Part shown: positions 54,774-64,000 of the stretch, piece by piece
Layout of the letters: every line of letters begins with the position of its first letter
Position numbering within the stretch: position 1 is the first letter of the stretch
Origin: Myxococcales bacterium
GTDB taxonomy: Bacteria > Myxococcota > Myxococcia > Myxococcales > UBA5297
Length of the DNA stretch: 64,000 bases
Direction of reading: 5' to 3'
Assembly: GCA_049841135.1 (NCBI GenBank)
Contig: JASGHK010000008.1
Location: 275,272-339,271 of the forward strand
Translations under genes and position numbers: made by a program
The notes under the pieces: generated by a model
Seen by the model: only the letters and a program-made list of their open reading frames with translations
What the model was told of the DNA's origin: nothing
Database searches by the model: none

Positions 54774-55883
54774 ATGGTCGAGGCCACCGCCCGAAAGCGA
54801 CTGGGGTTCGTCGACGCCGCGCGCACGCTGGCGATGGCGCTGATGGTGCAGGGTCACGTCTGCGACAACCTGCTCTCCCCCGAGGGCAAGGCCGGCTGGC
54901 TCTATCAGCACCACCTGGTCCTTCGCGGGATGACCGGCCCGCTCTTCTTCTTCGTCTCCGGCTTCGCCTTCGTCGTCGCCAGCAACCCTGCCTGGGAGGA
55001 GTACGGGCGTCCCGGACGGCGCCTCTGGGCCCGGCTCAAGCGGGTGGCGACGCTGCTCGCGGTCGGCTGGTTCCTGCAGGTGCCGCGGTGGAGCGGCCCG
55101 GCCTTCAGCCACGCCGAGTGGCGCTACGTCTTCCGCTGCGGCGTGCTGCACGCCATCGCCATCGCGCTCGTGGTGGCGCTCGTCCTCATCGCCGCCACCC
55201 GGACCCGCCGCGCGTTCACCGCCGCCGCCTTCACCATCGCCGTGCTCTCGGTGGTGGTCGGCCACCTCGCCTCGTCGGCGCCGATCCTCCCCGAGGCCGC
55301 CGGGCTGTTCCTGCGCACGCAGGAGGGCTCGCTCTTCCCGGCCACACCATGGATGGCGCACTTCCTCCTGGGGGCGGTCCTGGCGCGGCTGCACCTCGAC
55401 GTGCCCTGGCTCTCGTCCACCAAGCGCCTGGCGCTCTTCGTCGGAAGTGCCGGGGCGATCCTCCTCTCGACCGGGAGGGTCTGGCAGGCGTTCTCGCCGG
55501 TGGACACCGACAACCTCGCCGTCTGGGTCTCGGACCCCGAGGTCTTCCTCGCGCGGGCGGGCATGGCCTGGTGCGCGTTCGGTGCCTTCGCGCTGCTGCT
55601 GGACGGGCTGCAGTCGCGGGCCTGGCTGCAGGCGGTGGCCTCGCACGCGCTGAGCATCTACGTGGTCCACCTGGTCGCGCTCTACGGCTGGCCGGGGATG
55701 GACGGGCTGGTGCAGCGCTTCGGCCCGACGCTCGGCGTGGGCCCGACCTATCTCACCGGACCGCTGCTCTTCGCCGGCTGCGCGCTCTTCGTGGTGGCCC
55801 TCTTCGCAGCCGTCTCGTTCGTCCAGCGCCAGGGGCGCAGCGCGCTGGGACGCCTGTTCCCGGCCGCCGGGGCGCCGTCCTGA
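54774..55883 (+). CDS. Acyltransferase-like polytopic membrane protein (DUF1624 / heparan-alpha-glucosaminide N-acetyltransferase-like)
   Basis: N-terminal RLGFVDAARTLAMALMVQGHV, then about 9 TM segments and the conserved LSIYVVHLV. 369 aa. Confidence 0.6.
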   Translation: MVEATARKRLGFVDAARTLAMALMVQGHVCDNLLSPEGKAGWLYQHHLVLRGMTGPLFFFVSGFAFVVASNPAWEEYGRPGRRLWARLKRVATLLAVGWFLQVPRWSGPAFSHAEWRYVFRCGVLHAIAIALVVALVLIAATRTRRAFTAAAFTIAVLSVVVGHLASSAPILPEAAGLFLRTQEGSLFPATPWMAHFLLGAVLARLHLDVPWLSSTKRLALFVGSAGAILLSTGRVWQAFSPVDTDNLAVWVSDPEVFLARAGMAWCAFGAFALLLDGLQSRAWLQAVASHALSIYVVHLVALYGWPGMDGLVQRFGPTLGVGPTYLTGPLLFAGCALFVVALFAAVSFVQRQGRSALGRLFPAAGAPS

Positions 55884-57112
55884 GCCCGCTCGAGCTCGTC
55901 CGCGAGGCGCTGGCGGCCATCTTCGAGCAGGGCCGCGAAGCCGACCGCGTCCTCGACCGCACCCTGCGCCAGCACCGCGAGCTGTCGAGCGCCGACCGGG
56001 CTGCGGTCGCCCGCCGGGTGCTGGGCATCGCTTGCTTGCGCGGCCGGTTGGACTACCGCCTCGACACGGCCTGCCCAGGATGGCGCGACAACGACCCCTT
56101 TGCGTTCCGAATCGCCGCCTACGTCGCGCTCGAGGAGGGCGCCGGCCTGCAGAGCGCCGGCGCGGCCTCGGGGCTGGCCGACGAGCGAATCGCTGGTCTT
56201 GCGGCCCCTGCGAGCTGGCCTGAGGACCCAATCGACCGGCTCGCCTGCGAGCACTCCCTCCCCCGCTGGCTCGCGGAGCGCTGGCACCGCGAGTCGGTCC
56301 GGAGGCGGCCGCCGCCCTCGCCTCCTGCGTCAACCGGCCGGGCCCCGTCGTCCTGCGCACCAACACGCTCCGCACCGACCGCGAGGGCCTGCTGCGCGCG
56401 CTCGCCGGCGAGGGCATCGCGGCGCGGGCCACGACGCTCTCGCCGCTCGGCGTGAGGATCGAGGGCCGCGCCAACCTCTTCGGCTCGCGAGCGTGGCAAG
56501 ACGGGTTGTTCGAAGTGCAAGACGAGGGCAGCCAGGCGATCGCGCTCGCGGTGGATGCCTGCCCCGGTGAACGGTGCCTCGACTTCTGCGCCGGCGCCGG
56601 CGGCAAGACGCTCGCGCTCGCGGCGGCGATGGGCAACCGGGGCGAGCCTCCTGGCGACCGATGTCGACCCCCAGCGTCTGATCAACCTCGCCGCCCGGGC
56701 CCGGCGCGCCGGCGTCGAGATCGTCCGCACGCGCCGAGTCGACGCTGACCTTCCCCTTCCCGACCTGGGCCTCGCCGACCGCGTCCTCGTCGATGCCCCG
56801 TGCTCGTCGCTGGGGTCGCTGCGCCGCAGCCCGGACCTGCGCTGGCGGCTGCGGCCTGAGGAGATAGCCCCGTTCGCGCGCACCCAGCTGGAGATCCTCG
56901 GGCGCGCGGCCACCTGCGTCCGACCCGGCGGGCTGCTGGTCTACGCGACGTGCACGCTCACCCCCGAGGAGAACGAGGGCGTCGCGGCGGACTTCCTTCT
57001 CCAACACGAGGGCTGGCGACCCGAGCCACTGACCGACGCCGGACCGCTTCGGCTCTGGCCGCACGTCCACGGCACCGACGGGTTCTTCGCCTGCGCCTGG
57101 CGCGCACGTTGA
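55883..57112 (+). CDS. RsmB/Sun-family 16S rRNA m5C methyltransferase. Two frameshifts (~56290 and ~56650) spread it over three frames; start unresolved
   Basis: NusB-like N-terminus ELVREALAAIFEQGREADRVLDRTLRQ in the ORF 54665..56455 frame. SAM-binding DFCAGAGGKTLALAAAM in ORF 56452..56748. Catalytic LVDAPCSSLGSLRRSPDLRWR...LLVYATCTLTPEENEG in ORF 56555..57112. Confidence 0.65.
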
Positions 57113-57133
57113 TCCGCGCCTGCCGGACTGCGG

Positions 57134-58726
<1,593 letters not shown>

Positions 58727-58824
58727 GTTTGGTTTCCTACCCAGCTTTCGTTGCCCGTCACAACGTTCTTGGGTGCGCCTTGCTTCCCCCTGCACTCTCT
58801 CCAGCATTTCCGGGCAGTTAGACG

Positions 58825-58842
58825 CTGGCAAGCGAGTTGCTC
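58825..58842 (+). promoter_or_regulatory. Sigma-54 (-24/-12) promoter candidate upstream of the hemerythrin gene
   Basis: cTGGCAAGcgagTTGCTc matches the TGGCAC-N5-TTGCW consensus, with the -12 GC about 41 bp upstream of the ATG at 58881. It lies in the divergent intergenic region next to the sigma54 activator gene. Confidence 0.6.
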
Positions 58843-58880
58843 AAGGACTCCCCGACGACGCAATCGACGAGGAGCAAGAC

Positions 58881-59516
58881 ATGAGCCCGACCCTGAACCC
58901 CCTGGAAACCATGATGGCCGAGCACCGGCAGATCGAGCGCGCGCTCGCGGCGCTGGAGGCCTGCGCCCGGCAGATCGAGGGCGGCGACGACGTGCCTCCG
59001 ACGGCCCTCTCGCTCTTCGTCCGCTTCCTCAAGGGCTACGCGGACGACCTCCACCACGGCAAGGAAGAGGCGCTGCTCTTCGAGAAGATGATCGACGCGG
59101 GGTTCCCGCGCGAAGCCGGCCCGGTGGCGATGATGCGCCTCGAGCACGAGCGCGGCCGCGCGCTGGTCCGCGAGCTCAAGGCGCTGGGCGAGAAGGACGC
59201 GTTCTCGCCGGTCGACCGTCGCCGGGTCGTGGAGGTCAGCTTCCAGTTCGCGGCGCTCCTGCGGGCCCACATCCAGAAGGAGGACCGCATCCTCTACCCC
59301 ATGGCCGAGCAGCGGATGCCGCCCGAGTCGATGGAGAAGCTCGCTGAGGAGTGCCGCGCCCACCTCGCCCAGCACGCGCAGGCCGAGGCCGACCTCGTCG
59401 CGCTGGCCGTTTCGCTCGAGCAGCAGTTCATCGACCGGGGCCGAGTGCCGGCCGCCCCCGCCCAAGACCACCACCACCGCGCCGTCTGCCCCCTGTGCGG
59501 CGGCCACGCGAAGTAA
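58881..59516 (+). CDS. Hemerythrin-like (HHE cation-binding) domain protein
   Basis: His/Glu pairs HHGKEEALLFEKM, LEHERGRAL and HIQKEDRILYP. 211 aa with a C-terminal Cys pair CPLCGGH. Confidence 0.7.
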   Translation: MSPTLNPLETMMAEHRQIERALAALEACARQIEGGDDVPPTALSLFVRFLKGYADDLHHGKEEALLFEKMIDAGFPREAGPVAMMRLEHERGRALVRELKALGEKDAFSPVDRRRVVEVSFQFAALLRAHIQKEDRILYPMAEQRMPPESMEKLAEECRAHLAQHAQAEADLVALAVSLEQQFIDRGRVPAAPAQDHHHRAVCPLCGGHAK

Positions 59517-59532
59517 CGGAGGAACGCACGTC

Positions 59533-60992
59533 ATGCGCCTGAACCTGAATACCAAGATCAACGACCTCATCACCCAGCACCCGTTCCTGCTCGACTACCT
59601 CGTCAGCTACGCGCCGGAGTTCGAGAAGCTCAAGAGCCCCATCGCCCGCGCGACCATCGGCCGTATCGCCACCATCACCATGGCCGCGAAGCTGGCCAAG
59701 CTCGACCCGGCCAAGCTGCTCAACGACGTCGCCGCCGCCATCGAGAAGAGCACCGGCCAGGCGCCGCAGCTGGGCGAGCCCGAGCCGGCGACGCCGGAGC
59801 AGCTCAAGCAGCGCCGCGAGGCCCTGGCCGCCATCGTCCGCGAGCTGCACGAGGGCAAGTCGCCCGCGGAGCTCGAAGGGCCGCTTCGACCTGCTGCTCG
59901 GGGACGTCGGCCCCGCGGAGATCGGCAAGCTGGAGAACGAGCTGCATCGCCTCTGGCGTGCCGGTGGCCGAGGTGCGGCGCCTGTGCGAGCTGCACGTGG
60001 ACGTGTTCCGCGAGGGCCTCCAGCAGCAGCCCACCGTGTCCACGCCCGCCGGCCACCCGGTCCACACCTTCATGGCCGAGAACCGGATGTTCGAGCGCGT
60101 GGCCACCGCGCTGACCGAGGAGCTGCGCGTCGTCGGCAGCGACCCGGCGAGCCTGGGCAAGCGCCGCGACGGCCTGCTCGCCCAGCTCGAGCAGCTGGGG
60201 GCGGGGCTGGAGAGGCACTACGTGCGCAAGGAGAACCTGCTCTTCCCGCTCATCGAGAAGGCCGGCGTCAGCGGCCCGCCGCAGGTGATGTGGGGCGTGC
60301 AGGACGACATCCGCGCGCTGCGCAAGTCGACGGTGGCCGCGGCCAAGGCCGGCGACGCCGCGACGGTCGCCCGCGACGGGGCGGCTTTCGCCGAGGGCGT
60401 GACTGGCATGGTCTTCAAGGAGGAGGCGATCCTCTTCCCGCTCTGCCTGGACCTCTTCTCCGAAGCCGACTGGAAGGGCATTCGCGCGGCCGAGGGCGAG
60501 GTGGGCTATGCCTTCTCGGTGACCCCGGGCGCCGACTGGGCTCCGGGCGAGTCGAGCACCTCGGAGGAGACGCCGCGCACGCTGGGGCGCCTGCCGCTGG
60601 ACACCGGCCTGCTCTCGCTCGAGCAGGTGAACCTGATGCTCAACCACCTGCCGCTGGACCTCTCCTTCGTCGACGAGGAGGACAAGGTCCGCTACTTCAC
60701 CCAGGGCAAGGAGCGCATCTTCCCGCGCAGCCCGCAGGTCATCGGCCGCGCCGTGCAGAACTGCCACCCGCCGCACAGCGTGCACGTCGTCAACCGCATC
60801 CTCGAGGCGTTCCGCAAGGGCGAGAAGGACGACGCCGAGTTCTGGATCGAGATGAAGGGCCGCTTCCTGCACATCCGCTACTTCGCGGTCCGCGACGCCA
60901 AGAAGCAGTACAAGGGCTGCCTCGAGGTCACGCAGGACGTCACCCACATCCGCGCGCTGGAAGGACAGCGCCGGCTGCTCGACTGGAATTGA
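59533..60992 (+). CDS. DUF1858 / hemerythrin-like / DUF438 (PAS-like) three-domain protein. Two frameshifts (~59885 and ~59950) spread it over three frames
   Basis: DUF1858 N-terminus MRLNLNTKINDLITQHPFLLDYLVSYAPEFEKLKSPIARATIGRIATI. After ...GKSPAEL the frame shifts at gcgGAGCTCgaagggccgcttcgac (KGRFDLLLGDVGPAEIGKLENEL), then again into ORF 59958..60992, which carries the hemerythrin motifs and the DUF438 C-terminus. Confidence 0.65.
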
Positions 60993-61003
60993 TTCCAACC
61001 CGT

Positions 61004-61114
61004 GCCGGCCCGATGGCCGGCGATCCAGGCCGGCGGGATGGCCGGCGATTCACCGCTTGCCGGCCCGGTAGCCGGCGATCCAAAACCCAGGCCGGCCGGA
61101 TGGCCGGCGATGCC
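61004..61114. repeat. Four tandem ~27-bp repeats GCCGGC-N3-4-(G/A)T(G/A)GCCGGCGAT in the intergenic region upstream of the cupin gene
   Basis: gccggcccgatggccggcgatcc / ggccggcgggatggccggcgattc / gccggcccggtagccggcgatcc / ggccggccggatggccggcgatgcc. Confidence 0.65.
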
Positions 61115-61127
61115 AGAGAGGCACACC

Positions 61128-61469
61128 ATGCCGATGACCAAAGTCGAGTCCAAGTTCCCCGGCGCCCAGGCCCAGTCCATCGCCGATCTCGTGCAGTACG
61201 CGGAAGGCGCCATCGTCAGCCGCGCGCTGGTGCAGAAGAGCGTCGGCTCGCTGACCCTGTTCGCCTTCGACGCCGGGCAGGAGCTCTCCGAGCACAGCGC
61301 CCCCTTCGACGCCTTCGTCCAGGTCCTCGACGGCGAGGCGGAGCTGGTCATCGGCGGCAAGTCGGTGCCCGCCAAGGCCGGCCAGCTGGTGCTGATGCCC
61401 GCCAACGTCCCGCACGCCGTCAAGGCGCCGCAGCGCTTCAAGATGCTGCTCTCGATGATCCGGGGCTGA
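61128..61469 (+). CDS. Cupin-domain protein
   Basis: Cupin_2 fold: ...LTLFAFDAGQELSEHSAPFDAFVQVLDGEAELVIGGK...AGQLVLMPANVPHAVKA. Start at the ATG preceded by gagagg. Confidence 0.65.
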   Translation: MPMTKVESKFPGAQAQSIADLVQYAEGAIVSRALVQKSVGSLTLFAFDAGQELSEHSAPFDAFVQVLDGEAELVIGGKSVPAKAGQLVLMPANVPHAVKAPQRFKMLLSMIRG

Positions 61470-61474
61470 CCCGC

Positions 61475-62482
61475 TTGATCTCGCTCGCCGCCAAGGCCCC
61501 GGCTGCGCCGGCCTCCCCGTGGCTCCCGCGCACCGTCGCGGGAGCCCTCACCTTCGTGCTGCTCTCGACCATCCAGCTCAAGGTCGCCCGTCCGATGATC
61601 CTGGCGGAGCGGTTCCTTCCGGGCGCGGGCTGGGTCGAGGCGGCCCTGCTCGCGGCGTATTCGGGCTGGCTCGCGGGCACCCTGGTGACGGCACGGCGCA
61701 CCGGCCCGTGGCGGCGCAAGCTGTGGACGCTCTTCTCCCTCGTCTTCTTCTCGCAGCTGGCGCTCGGGCTGGCCGGGTTCGAGAGGTTCCTGATGAGCGG
61801 CAAGCTGCACCTGCCCATCCCGGCCATGTTCGTGGCCGGTCCGCTCTACCGGGGTGAGGGGCTGTTCATGCCCATCCTCTTCCTGGTCACCGTGCTGATC
61901 GTCGGCCCGGGCTGGTGCAGCTTCCTCTGCTACATCGGCTCCTGGGACTTCAACGCCTCGCTCAGCCAGCGCAAGGCGCGCGAGCTGCCGAAGTGGCGCC
62001 ACGCCGCCCGCCTGGCGATCTTCGCGCTGGTCGTCGGGGCGGCCCTCGCCTTGCGCGCCTGGGGCGCCCCCAGCTCGGTGGCCGCGCTGTTCGGCCTGGC
62101 GTTCGGGCTGGGTGGCGTGGCGGTGATGGTCCTCGCCTCGCGGCGCCTGGGCTCGATGGCCCACTGCGTGATCTGGTGCCCCATCGGCCTGCTCGCCACC
62201 ACGCTGGGCCGGCTCTCACCCTTCCGCCTGCGCATCCAATCCTCGTGCGAAGGCTGCAACGCCTGCGGCCCGAGCTGCCGCTACGACGCGCTCCAGCCCA
62301 TCCACATCTCGCGGCGCAAGGTGGGCCTGTCGTGCACCTTGTGCGGCGACTGCCTCTCGTCCTGCGGGCGCCGGTCGCTCACCTACGGCTTCCCCGGCCT
62401 CTCGGCGACCGCGGCGCGCACCGCCTACTTCGTGCTTGTCGCCTCGCTGCACGCCGTCTTCCTGGGCGTCGCGCGGATCTAG
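61475..62482 (+). CDS. Polytopic membrane protein with two 4Fe-4S ferredoxin-type Cys clusters (start uncertain; TTG 61475 or ATG ~61594)
   Basis: About 6 TM segments, then CEGCNACGPSCRYDAL and CTLCGDCLSSC. Confidence 0.55.
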   Translation: MISLAAKAPAAPASPWLPRTVAGALTFVLLSTIQLKVARPMILAERFLPGAGWVEAALLAAYSGWLAGTLVTARRTGPWRRKLWTLFSLVFFSQLALGLAGFERFLMSGKLHLPIPAMFVAGPLYRGEGLFMPILFLVTVLIVGPGWCSFLCYIGSWDFNASLSQRKARELPKWRHAARLAIFALVVGAALALRAWGAPSSVAALFGLAFGLGGVAVMVLASRRLGSMAHCVIWCPIGLLATTLGRLSPFRLRIQSSCEGCNACGPSCRYDALQPIHISRRKVGLSCTLCGDCLSSCGRRSLTYGFPGLSATAARTAYFVLVASLHAVFLGVARI

Positions 62483-62559
62483 GGCCGAATCGCCCGGTGC
62501 CTCGTCGCCGCACTTGGCTTATGCTGAGGCCTCCTCACAAGCCCAACGACGGACCCTGG

Positions 62560-64000
62560 ATGGCCGAAGCCAAGCACAACCCTCCCAAGCCGCCACCTGC
62601 GCCCCCGGCAAGCCCGCCCAATCCGCTCATCGGCATGAGGCTCGGCGAGTACGTGGTCGAGAAGGCCATCGGCAGCGGCGGCATGGGCCTGGTCTACCGG
62701 GGCATGCAGCCGCTCATCGGCAAGCCGGTGGCCATCAAGGTCCTGCAGTGGGAGACGGCGCGGAACCCGGAGGAGGTGCAGCGGCTGCTGGCCGAGGCGC
62801 AGCTGGTCAACGCCATCCGCCACCGCGGCATCGTGGACATCTTCGCCTTCGGCTCCACCCCGGACGGCCGCAACTACCTGGTGATGGAGTTGCTCGAGGG
62901 CGACGCGCTCGACGCCATCATCGCCCGCCGGGCTCCGCTGCCCATCACCGAGGTGCTGGACATCCTCGACGAGATCCTGGACGCGCTCGGCGCGGCCCAC
63001 GCCGCCGGGGTCATCCACCGCGACCTCAAGCCCCAGAACGTCTTCCTGGTCTCGCCGGCGCACGGCAAGCGGTACATCAAGCTGCTCGACTTCGGGCTCG
63101 CCAAGAAGTCGCTGACGCCGGGCGGCAAGGCCGCGCAGACCCGCGCCTCGATGATCGTCGGGACCCCGTACTACATGTCGCCCGAGCAGGCGCGCGGCGA
63201 AGAAGTCGCGCCGCAGACCGACCTCTACGCGCTGGGCGTGCTGGCGTACGAGATGCTGACCAGCCGCCTGCCGTTCGAGGCGCCGACCCCGTACGAGGTC
63301 ATCACCCAGCACCTGAACACCCCGGCGCCGCAGGTGCGCGCGCTCGAGCCCTCCATCCCGGAGGAGCTAGACGAGATGATCGCGCACATGCTGCAGAAGG
63401 CCCCGGGCGACCGGCCCGCCTCCGCGCAGGAGGTGCGCCAGAACCTCAACCGGTTGCGCAAGCGGCTGCAGTCCGACGCCACGCAGATCGGCGAGCCGCT
63501 GCCCCGCCCTCCGGCGCACGCGCAGCGGGCCCTCATCGAAGAGCCCGCGCCCGAGATTGCCAACACCGCGCGCGCCCCCTCCGGGCGGCCGGGCCCCAAG
63601 CCTGCGGCCCCACCGCCGCCGGTCGCCGAGGAGGACGAGAGCCCGCTGGAGCTGGCGGACGGTCCGTCCACGATGCCCTTCGAGGCGACCGAGCCGCCCT
63701 CCGACGTCGAGCGCCGCCTGGCATCTCGGGCCACCTCCGAGGACGACTCTCCGCTCGAGCTCGACGGTTCGGCCACGCCGCCGGCGCTGCAGTCGGTGCT
63801 CGAGCCCGAGACCGTGGACGACGCCCGGCCGGTCTCGAAGCCCCCGTTCCGCGCCTCCGCGAGCATGCGTCGCTCGCGCGCTGACCTGCCGCGCGACCTC
63901 AAGGTGCCGGTGGCCCGCCGCAAGCGGAACTACAAGCCGCTGTGGGGCACGTTCCTGGTCCTGCTGCTCCTGCTCGTCGGGGCCTATGCAGCGCTGCTCT
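62560..64000 (+). CDS. Ser/Thr protein kinase, 3'-partial (open to the window end; absent from the supplied ORF track)
   Basis: Manual translation from ATG 62560 is open for 480 codons: GSGGMGLVYRG, VAIKVL, HRDLKPQNVFL, DFGLAKK, GTPYYMSPEQ. A Pro-rich linker and a TM segment (WGTFLVLLLLLVGAYAALL) sit at the window end. Confidence 0.85.
   Translation, partial: MAEAKHNPPKPPPAPPASPPNPLIGMRLGEYVVEKAIGSGGMGLVYRGMQPLIGKPVAIKVLQWETARNPEEVQRLLAEAQLVNAIRHRGIVDIFAFGSTPDGRNYLVMELLEGDALDAIIARRAPLPITEVLDILDEILDALGAAHAAGVIHRDLKPQNVFLVSPAHGKRYIKLLDFGLAKKSLTPGGKAAQTRASMIVGTPYYMSPEQARGEEVAPQTDLYALGVLAYEMLTSRLPFEAPTPYEVITQHLNTPAPQVRALEPSIPEELDEMIAHMLQKAPGDRPASAQEVRQNLNRLRKRLQSDATQIGEPLPRPPAHAQRALIEEPAPEIANTARAPSGRPGPKPAAPPPPVAEEDESPLELADGPSTMPFEATEPPSDVERRLASRATSEDDSPLELDGSATPPALQSVLEPETVDDARPVSKPPFRASASMRRSRADLPRDLKVPVARRKRNYKPLWGTFLVLLLLLVGAYAALL

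Overview
High-GC (~70%) bacterial chromosomal segment with strong Myxococcota hallmarks: MYXO-CTERM sorting tails (GCGC plus TM plus Arg-rich), Myxococcus-type cysteine-rich repeat lipoproteins, a PilZ-Hsp70 fusion, PEGA domains and several Ser/Thr kinases. About 45 genes are supported. They include a partial frameshifted phospholipase D, a PilZ-DnaK-like fusion, a CocE/NonD hydrolase, two Ser/Thr kinase signalling clusters with beta-propeller-repeat lipoproteins, glgC, an FkbM methyltransferase, a thrA-thrB-thrC operon, egtB, an OYE flavin reductase, a czcCBA-type RND heavy-metal efflux operon, an RsmB-like methyltransferase, and a NorR-like sigma54/GAF regulator divergent from a hemerythrin / DUF438 / cupin / 4Fe-4S cluster. 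Two non-genic features stand out. First, at least 19 single-base frameshifts split at least 13 otherwise intact genes, and several sit in a recurring cggaAGCTC / GAGCTC-adjacent context; this looks like sequence error rather than pseudogenisation. Second, a ~360 bp nested inverted-repeat, MITE-like element lies at 33.16-33.52 kb. The RND efflux operon is bracketed by diverged direct repeats of a neighbouring gene's promoter and 5' end. The high GC content makes many long spurious Arg/Pro/Ala-rich ORFs in the provided ORF track, which were ignored. All coordinates are by-eye and may be off by 1-3 bp.
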